DNA from: Flavobacteriales bacterium
Lineage (GTDB): Bacteria > Bacteroidota > Bacteroidia > Flavobacteriales > Flavobacteriaceae
Assembly (NCBI GenBank): GCA_038204955.1
Contig: JBBRCJ010000008.1
Coordinates: 2,187 to 66,186, forward strand
DNA length: 64,000 bases
Direction of reading: 5' to 3'
This document shows, in pieces, positions 57,920-64,000 of the stretch. The notes beneath the pieces were generated by a model. It did not search any database. It had not been told where the DNA came from and saw nothing but the letters and a program-made list of their open reading frames with translations. Within the stretch, counting starts at the first letter, position 1, and every line of letters starts with the position of its first letter. The position numbers and the translations under genes were made by a program.

Positions 57920-58513
57920 TCAAATTTTAAAAACCTTTTTGGTAGCAAATTTTAATTTTTCAAATGTTGGGCTTTGCAACATTGTATCAAACGAGGCTGG
58001 TTTTATTCCAATATATTTATCCTCTCGCAAAACGTAAATATAAACTACCTTTTCGCTTGGGTCAACAATCCAGTATTCTTTAACCAAATTTTCTTCGTAC
58101 AAATCAAATTTTAAATCCATTTCTTTTTTTGAATTCCCTGATGATAAAATTTCAATAATTAAATCGGGTGAACCCAAACAACCTTTAATATCAATTTTTG
58201 ATACATCGCAAATTACACACAAGTCGGGTTGCACCACCGAAATTATTTTATTTTCGGGCGTGCTTTCTTTATAATTTATCAACCGAACATCAAACGGAGC
58301 CACATACATTTTACACCTTGAATTTCTGAATACTTTACTCAATAGCAAAGTCAAATTCAATAAATAATCTTGATGTTAAGAGTTTGACACAGGACTCATT
58401 TTAAAAATTTTACCTTTTATCAATTCCACACGTTCTTTAAATTCCCATAATAAATAATCAGCGTAACTGTAACTGCCTTTTAAGTCCAGTTGATTAAATT
58501 TCGTAATTGCCAT
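57920..58513 (-). pseudogene. Uma2 (DUF820) family endonuclease gene interrupted by an in-frame TAA
   Basis: From the ATG at 58513 the frame reads MAITKFNQLDLKGSYSYADYLLWEFKERVELIKGKIFKMSPVSNS, then a TAA at 58378..58376. The same frame continues HQDYLLNLTLLLSKVFRNSRCKMYVAPFDVRL... to 57920. The whole reading frame follows the Uma2 pattern. Confidence 0.75.
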
Positions 58514-58553
58514 AACAGAATTTCTATTTTAACAAAGTTAGTAAAAAAGCAAT

Positions 58554-59654
58554 TTACTTTTTAAAATTGGCAACAAACTCGTCAAACAAATAACTGGAAT
58601 CGTGTGGTCCCGGGCTGGCTTCTGGATGGTATTGAACAGAAAAACAATTTTTCGATTTCATTCGCATTCCTGCAACGGTTTCGTCGTTAATATGTAAATG
58701 AGTTATTTCTAAATCGGGATGATTAAGTAATTCTTCTTTGTTAACCGCAAAACCGTGATTTTGAGAAGTTATTTCACCTTTACCAGTTAATAAATTCTTT
58801 ACAGGATGATTGATTCCACGGTGACCATTGAACATTTTATATGTTGAAACACCGTTGGCAAGAGCAATTATTTGATGCCCCAAACAAATACCAAAAAGAG
58901 GTAAATTTTTATCAATTATTTGTTTTGCAACATTAATTGCTGCTTCTAAAGGATCTGGATCGCCTGGCCCGTTGGATAAAAAATAACCGTCTGGATTAAA
59001 GGATTGCAAATCGGAAAAAGTAGCGTTGTAGGGAAATACTTTTATGTAACAATCACGTTTTGATAAGTTGCGAAGTATGTTTTTCTTGATTCCCAAGTCT
59101 AAAGCTGCAATTTTATATTTGGCATTTTGGTTACCAAAAAAATAAGGTTCCGTAGTCGAAACTTTTGATGCCAATTCCAAACCTTTCATATCGGCAACGT
59201 TGGCAAGTTGTATTTTTAATTCTTCGATTGAAGTTCCATCGGTGCATATTACTGCGTTTTGTGCGCCATTGTCACGAATATAACTTACTAATGCACGGGT
59301 GTCAACATCGGAAATGCAAATTAAGTTTTGTTTTTGAAAATAGTCAAATAAATTACTTTCGGAATCGACACGGGAATGATTGAAACTAAAATTTTTGCAT
59401 ACCAAACCCGAAATCATTATTTTATCCGATTCGGTTTCGTTTTCATTAACTCCATAATTACCAATATGCGGGTTAGTAGTAACCATTATTTGTCCAAAAT
59501 ACGATGGGTCGGTAAAAATTTCTTGATAACCAGTCATTCCAGTATTGAAACAAACTTCACCAAAGGTTGTTCCTGAAATTCCAATTGATTTTCCGTGAAA
59601 AATGGTGCCGTCGTTTAGTAAAAGAAATGCAGGTTGTTTTGTTGTGTATTTCAT
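58554..59654 (-). CDS. carA: carbamoyl-phosphate synthase small (glutamine amidotransferase) subunit
   Basis: ORF 58554..59693, with probable start MKYTTKQPAFLLL at 59654. It has the GATase triad region (FGICLGHQ) and HGFAV. Confidence 0.92.
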   Translation of the reverse strand: MKYTTKQPAFLLLNDGTIFHGKSIGISGTTFGEVCFNTGMTGYQEIFTDPSYFGQIMVTTNPHIGNYGVNENETESDKIMISGLVCKNFSFNHSRVDSESNLFDYFQKQNLICISDVDTRALVSYIRDNGAQNAVICTDGTSIEELKIQLANVADMKGLELASKVSTTEPYFFGNQNAKYKIAALDLGIKKNILRNLSKRDCYIKVFPYNATFSDLQSFNPDGYFLSNGPGDPDPLEAAINVAKQIIDKNLPLFGICLGHQIIALANGVSTYKMFNGHRGINHPVKNLLTGKGEITSQNHGFAVNKEELLNHPDLEITHLHINDETVAGMRMKSKNCFSVQYHPEASPGPHDSSYLFDEFVANFKK

Positions 59655-59710
59655 TTTTGTACTTGTAGTTGTTGTTGTTGTAGTTGTTTGCAAAATTAGA
59701 ATTTATTTTT

Positions 59711-59747
59711 CCTCACCCAGACCCTCTCCAAAGGAGAGGGAGACGAG
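59711..59747. repeat. REP-like hairpin element, copy 2
   Basis: CCTCACCCAGACCCTCTCCAAAGGAGAGGGAGACGAG, located 5' of carA. Confidence 0.8.
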
Positions 59748-59881
59748 ATGGTTATAACATGTAACCAATGATGCTTATTTACTATTTGCAAAATTAGAAT
59801 TTATTTTTTGATTTTGAAACAATTGATTTTATTAATGAACATGGGTAACTTTCAAAATTGACAATCACTATCTTGGTCAAT

Positions 59882-59944
59882 CAGCCCCGAGTGCAGTGGC
59901 ATCCTGCGCCTTTTTTAGGCGCAGATATAACGGAAAGCGGGAAC
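59882..59944 (-). ncRNA. 63-nt conserved structured motif, copy B
   Basis: The minus strand reads GTTCCCGCTTTCCGTTATATCTGCGCCTAAAAAAGGCGCAGGATGCCACTGCACTCGGGGCTG. It is collinear with 12656..12718, with compensatory stem changes. Confidence 0.45.
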
Positions 59945-59980
59945 GATGTTTGATGATTGACCTTGACTGTTGCTTTAAAT

Positions 59981-60015
59981 AAAAAAAAGGATAAACTAGT
60001 GAAAGTTTATCCTTT
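59981..60015 (-). terminator. rho-independent terminator after rplQ
   Basis: Stem GGATAAACT/AGTTTATCC with flanking A/T runs. On the minus strand the hairpin is followed by a T-run. Confidence 0.75.
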
Positions 60016-60036
60016 AATTTTATGAATGTGAATTCA

Positions 60037-60525
60037 TTATTCTGCAGTTTCAGTGGTTTCATCAGTTGCAGCGGCTGGAGCATCAGTTTCAGTAGTTTCG
60101 GCTTTCGCTTTACCACCACGACGGCTTTTTGCTTTTTTAACTTCTTTTTTACCACCGTTGTAAATTTCGTTGAAATCTACCAACTCGATCATTGCCATAT
60201 CAGCGTTATCACCTAAACGATTTCCAACTTTGATAATTCGGGTGTAACCACCTGGACGGTCACCTACTTTTGCAGCAACTTCTCTAAACAATTCGGTTAC
60301 TCCGTATTTGTTTCTTAAATAAGAAAAAACGGTACGACGATTGTGAGTTGTATCTTCTTTTGATTTTGTAATTAAAGGCTCAACGAATTGTTTAAGCGCT
60401 TTTGCTTTAGCAACTGTAGTGTTAATACGCTTGTGTTCAATTAATGAACATGCCATATTTGCTAACATTGATTTACGGTGACCCGTTTGTCTGCTAAGGT
60501 GATTGAATTTTTTTCCGTGTCTCAT
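60037..60525 (-). CDS. rplQ: 50S ribosomal protein L17
   Basis: [25 protein letters not shown]... with an acidic/Lys-rich C-terminal extension. Confidence 0.95.
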   Translation of the reverse strand: MRHGKKFNHLSRQTGHRKSMLANMACSLIEHKRINTTVAKAKALKQFVEPLITKSKEDTTHNRRTVFSYLRNKYGVTELFREVAAKVGDRPGGYTRIIKVGNRLGDNADMAMIELVDFNEIYNGGKKEVKKAKSRRGGKAKAETTETDAPAAATDETTETAE

Positions 60526-60553
60526 TTTAAATGCTTTTTAACTTAATTAAGAA

Positions 60554-61546
60554 CTAGTCTTTATCTAATTTATATTTTGATAAATCCATTCCGAAGGTTA
60601 AATTTTTGATGGCTACTAATTCGTCTAACTCTGTTAGCGATTTTTTACCGAAGTTACGGAACTTCATTAAATCGTGTTTGTTAAATGATACTAAGTCTCC
60701 TAGAGTATCAACTTCTGCTGCTTTAAGGCAATTTAATGCTCTTACAGATAAATCCATATCAACAAGCTTAGTTTTTAATAACTGACGCATGTGTAAAGAT
60801 TCTTCATCATAAGAGTCTGTTTGAGCAATTTCGTCTGCTTCAAGTGTAATTCTCTCATCTGAGAACAACATAAAGTGATGAATTAATACTTTCGCAGCTT
60901 CAGTTAAAGCATCTTTTGGATTAATAGAACCATCAGTTTTAATTTCAAAAACTAATTTTTCATAATCTGTTTTTTGTTCTACACGAAAATTTTCAATAGC
61001 ATATTTCACATTTTTAACTGGTGTAAAAATAGAATCGGTAAAAATAGTACCAATTTGTGCATTTTGCTTCTTATTTTCTTCTGCTGGAACGTAACCTCTA
61101 CCTTTTTCAATTGTTAATTCCATATTGAAATTAACTTTTGTTTCTAGGTTACAAATTACTAGTTCAGGATTTAACACCTGAAATCCAGAGATGAATTTTT
61201 GAAAATCACCTGCTGTTATTTGAGTCTTCCCGGTTAAAGAAATAGTTACAGCTTCATTATCTATATCTTCAATTTGACGTTTAAAACGTACTTGTTTAAG
61301 ATTTAATATGATTTCAGTAACATCTTCTACAACACCAGAAATGGTTGAAAACTCATGTTCAACACCTTCTAATCTTATTGATGTAATTGCGTAACCCTCA
61401 AGCGCAGAAAGTAAAACTCTACGAAGTGCGTTACCTACTGTCAATCCATAACCTGGTTCTAAAGGTCTAAATTCGAATTTACCTTCAAAATCGGTAGAAT
61501 CGATCATTATCACTTTATCGGGTTTTTGAAAATTAAATATTGCCAT
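60554..61546 (-). CDS. rpoA: DNA-directed RNA polymerase alpha subunit
   Basis: ORF 60554..61564, with probable start [12 protein letters not shown]. It has [10 protein letters not shown] and a C-terminal domain ([10 protein letters not shown]). Confidence 0.95.
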   Translation of the reverse strand: MAIFNFQKPDKVIMIDSTDFEGKFEFRPLEPGYGLTVGNALRRVLLSALEGYAITSIRLEGVEHEFSTISGVVEDVTEIILNLKQVRFKRQIEDIDNEAVTISLTGKTQITAGDFQKFISGFQVLNPELVICNLETKVNFNMELTIEKGRGYVPAEENKKQNAQIGTIFTDSIFTPVKNVKYAIENFRVEQKTDYEKLVFEIKTDGSINPKDALTEAAKVLIHHFMLFSDERITLEADEIAQTDSYDEESLHMRQLLKTKLVDMDLSVRALNCLKAAEVDTLGDLVSFNKHDLMKFRNFGKKSLTELDELVAIKNLTFGMDLSKYKLDKD

Positions 61547-61567
61547 AATTTCGACTGGTGTCAATTG

Positions 61568-62173
61568 TTATTTATTGTACAACTCGACTATAAGTTGTTC
61601 CTTGATATTTTCTGTGATTTGAATTCTTGCAGGAACTGAAACAAAAGTACCTTCTTTGGTATCGTTATTCCAAGTCATCCACTCATAATTATGAGAAGAT
61701 GCTGCTAATGAATGAGCAATTGACTCTAAAGATTTAGATTTTTCACGAACTGCTACTTTATCACCTGGTTTAAGGTGGTAAGAAGGAATATTTACTAACT
61801 CTCCGTTAACAGTAACGTGACGGTGAGATACAATTTGTCTTGCAGCTCTACGAGTTGAAGCAATTCCCATTCTGTAAACTACGTTGTCTAAACGAGCTTC
61901 ACATAACTGCAACAAAATTTCACCTGTTACACCTTTTGATGCTGCTGCTTTTTCAAATAAGTTTCTAAATTGTTTTTCTAGAATACCGTAAGTGTACTTC
62001 GCTTTTTGCTTTTCCATTAACTGTACTGCATATTCTGATTTTTTACCTCTTTTTTTGGACATACCATGTTGCCCAGGAGGATAATTTCTTTTTTCGAATG
62101 CTTTATCAGCTCCGAAGATTGCTTCGCCAAATTTACGAGCAATTTTAGTACTAGGACCAGTATATCTTGCCAT
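61568..62173 (-). CDS. rpsD: 30S ribosomal protein S4
   Basis: [17 protein letters not shown]..., 201 aa. Confidence 0.96.
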   Translation of the reverse strand: MARYTGPSTKIARKFGEAIFGADKAFEKRNYPPGQHGMSKKRGKKSEYAVQLMEKQKAKYTYGILEKQFRNLFEKAAASKGVTGEILLQLCEARLDNVVYRMGIASTRRAARQIVSHRHVTVNGELVNIPSYHLKPGDKVAVREKSKSLESIAHSLAASSHNYEWMTWNNDTKEGTFVSVPARIQITENIKEQLIVELYNK

Positions 62174-62336
62174 TTTAAATTGTTTTAGATAGTGATTATG
62201 AATTCAGGTCTAAATCCTTCGATAATCGTACTACTATCTTGTGTTATACTTAATTAATTTATATTAGATATTGAAATACATTTAGTGGATATTGTAAAAT
62301 AAATTCAACAGACACTGAAGTAAATTCAGTAAAAAA

Positions 62337-62720
62337 TTATACTCTACGTCTTTTAGGAGGACGACATCCATTGTGAGGCATTGGTGTAACATCAATAATT
62401 TCAGTTACTTCAATTCCTGAGTTATGTAAGGAACGAATGGCAGACTCACGTCCGTTTCCTGGTCCTTTTACATATACTTTTACTTTCTTTAAACCAGCTT
62501 CTAAAGCTACTTTACCACAATCTTCTGCTGCCATCTGAGCTGCATACGGAGTATTCTTTTTTGAACCTCTGAAACCCATTTTACCTGCTGAAGACCAAGA
62601 AATAACTTCTCCTTTTTTGTTAGTCAAAGAAATAATGATATTATTGAAGGTAGCACTGATGTGTGCTTCTCCTGTTGATTCAATAATAACCTTACGTTTT
62701 TTTGCTGCTACTTTAGCCAT
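62337..62720 (-). CDS. rpsK: 30S ribosomal protein S11
   Basis: 127 aa with ...[14 protein letters not shown]... and a C-terminal [13 protein letters not shown]. Confidence 0.96.
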   Translation of the reverse strand: MAKVAAKKRKVIIESTGEAHISATFNNIIISLTNKKGEVISWSSAGKMGFRGSKKNTPYAAQMAAEDCGKVALEAGLKKVKVYVKGPGNGRESAIRSLHNSGIEVTEIIDVTPMPHNGCRPPKRRRV

Positions 62721-62728
62721 ACTATTTA

Positions 62729-63103
62729 TTATTTAGTTGCTTTTTTCTTGTTTGCAACAGTTTTTCTTTTCCCTTTTCTAGTTCTAGAATTGTTTTTAGT
62801 TCTTTGTCCACGTAATGGCAACCCAGATCTATGACGAATTCCTCTATAGCAACCAATATCCATTAAACGTTTGATGTTTAATGAAGTCTCGGAACGTAAT
62901 TCACCTTCAATTTTGTAAAATGACATTGCATCACGAATTCCCGCGATTTGGTCGTCATTCCAATCTTGAACTTTAATGTCTTGGCTAACTTGAGCTTTTT
63001 CTAAAACCTCAATTGCTCTACTTTTTCCTACTCCGAAGATATAGGTAAGTGCTATAACACCTCTCTTGTTTTTAGGTATATCTACCCCAGCTATTCTTGC
63101 CAT
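62729..63103 (-). CDS. rpsM: 30S ribosomal protein S13
   Basis: [14 protein letters not shown]..., 124 aa. Confidence 0.96.
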   Translation of the reverse strand: MARIAGVDIPKNKRGVIALTYIFGVGKSRAIEVLEKAQVSQDIKVQDWNDDQIAGIRDAMSFYKIEGELRSETSLNIKRLMDIGCYRGIRHRSGLPLRGQRTKNNSRTRKGKRKTVANKKKATK

Positions 63104-63105
63104 AA

Positions 63106-63222
63106 TTACCCTTGTCTTTGTTTAAATCTAGGATTCTTTTTGTTGATTACGTATAATCTTCCTTTTCTACGAACGATTTTGCACTCGGCACTTCGCTTCT
63201 TTACTGATGTTCTTACTTTCAT
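63106..63222 (-). CDS. rpmJ: 50S ribosomal protein L36
   Basis: Not in the ORF track because it is too short. My minus-strand translation is [38 protein letters not shown]. Confidence 0.9.
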   Translation of the reverse strand: MKVRTSVKKRSAECKIVRRKGRLYVINKKNPRFKQRQG

Positions 63223-63233
63223 TTTGAATATCT

Positions 63234-63449
63234 TTAATATCTATAAGTAATTCTTGCTTTTGACAAATCGTAAGGGCTCATTTCTAGTTTTACTTTATCA
63301 CCAGGTAATAATTTAATGTAATGCATACGCATTTTTCCAGATATGTGTGCGATGACGATATGTCCGTTTTCTAACTCGACACGAAACATAGCATTTGATA
63401 ATGCTTCAATAATCGCTCCGTCTTGTTCTATTGCTGATTGTTTTGCCAT
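63234..63449 (-). CDS. infA: translation initiation factor IF-1
   Basis: [30 protein letters not shown]...ISGKMR, 71 aa. Confidence 0.96.
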   Translation of the reverse strand: MAKQSAIEQDGAIIEALSNAMFRVELENGHIVIAHISGKMRMHYIKLLPGDKVKLEMSPYDLSKARITYRY

Positions 63450-63452
63450 ATA

Positions 63453-64000
63453 TTAAGCTACTGCTTTTCTATTTTTACCTGTTTTCATTAACCCATCATA
63501 TTCTCTGTTCAAAATATAAGTGTTAATTTGTTGAATGGTATCAATTGCTACCCCAACCATAATGATTAATGAAGTGCCTCCGTAAAACATTGCCCAAGAT
63601 TGTTGCACATCTAGAGCTACAACAACTGCAGGAAATATAGCAATTAATGCTAAAAATAATGCACCTGGAAATGTAATCAATGACATTATTCTATCTAAAA
63701 AATCAGCAGTTTCAATTCCTGGTTTTACACCTGGAATAAATCCACCACTACGTTTTAAATCATCTGCCATTTTACTCGTAGGAATAGTGATTGCAGTATA
63801 GAAAAAAGTAAATACAATAATTAAAGTTGCAAATACAAAATTATACCAAAAACCAAACATATTAGTAAATGCCCCAGCAATAGATTTTGAAGCATCAGAC
63901 TGAGATAAACCAGCTAATGCAGCAGGAATAAACATGATAGCTTGTGCAAAAATAATTGGCATAACACCCGAAGCGTTTAATTTCAACGGAATATATTGTC
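63453..64000 (-). CDS. secY: preprotein translocase SecY, C-terminal part (5' end outside the window)
   Basis: The open frame runs to the window edge. ...GVMPIIFAQAIMFIP..., RSGGFIPGVKPG and the C-terminal ...YDGLMKTGKNRK are typical of SecY. Confidence 0.93.
   Translation of the reverse strand, partial: QYIPLKLNASGVMPIIFAQAIMFIPAALAGLSQSDASKSIAGAFTNMFGFWYNFVFATLIIVFTFFYTAITIPTSKMADDLKRSGGFIPGVKPGIETADFLDRIMSLITFPGALFLALIAIFPAVVVALDVQQSWAMFYGGTSLIIMVGVAIDTIQQINTYILNREYDGLMKTGKNRKAVA

Noticed and set aside
59655-59693. N-terminal MQTTTTTTTTSTK extension of carA (an ACA/ACT-rich run).
   Set aside because: The conserved CarA N-terminus begins at MKYTTKQPAFLLL (59654). The poly-Thr stretch is probably just an A/C-rich untranslated leader.
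62174-62336. Unusually long (163-bp) rpsK-rpsD spacer, as a possible S4 autoregulatory RNA.
   Set aside because: I could not define a convincing conserved stem or pseudoknot by eye, and I do not know the typical spacer length in this clade. I leave it as unexplained rather than claim a feature.

Overview
AT-rich Bacteroidota (Flavobacteriia-type) chromosomal segment. The taxon call rests on a T9SS C-terminal sorting domain, GLPGLI/DUF5686/DUF4290/DUF2279 families and TAnnTTTG-type -7 promoter motifs. Most of the window is housekeeping: aroQ, an RND efflux triad, murA, recQ, fmt, HU, tRNA-Met, hisS, prmC, ribD, dnaA, mltG, dapF, carA, and the distal end of the ribosomal operon (secY-infA-rpmJ-rpsM-rpsK-rpsD-rpoA-rplQ, minus strand). 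Two accessory patches stand out. (1) At 34.5-39.4 kb, a T9SS-secreted S8 subtilase is followed by three tandem, mosaic 163-aa lipoprotein paralogs, tentatively PrcB-like, with localised hypervariable patches. (2) At about 41.4-47.9 kb, a unidirectional array of five small-gene cassettes is separated by conserved 290-400 bp junction repeats. Each junction carries an outward-facing Bacteroidota -7 promoter motif, and on the opposite strand a relic of an IS1182-like transposase. Junction conservation ends sharply at GTT. The array ends in a toxin-antitoxin pair and a 24-bp inverted-repeat structure. It resembles integron cassette arrays or recombinase-associated orphan-immunity arrays, but no recombinase is visible in the window; this is my best candidate for an undescribed system. 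Smaller observations are two pseudogenes (GIY-YIG next to tRNA-Met; Uma2 with an in-frame stop), a 63-nt motif present twice with compensatory hairpin changes, and a REP-like hairpin family sitting 5' of three minus-strand genes. All functional calls come from reading motifs in the supplied translations; no database search was run.
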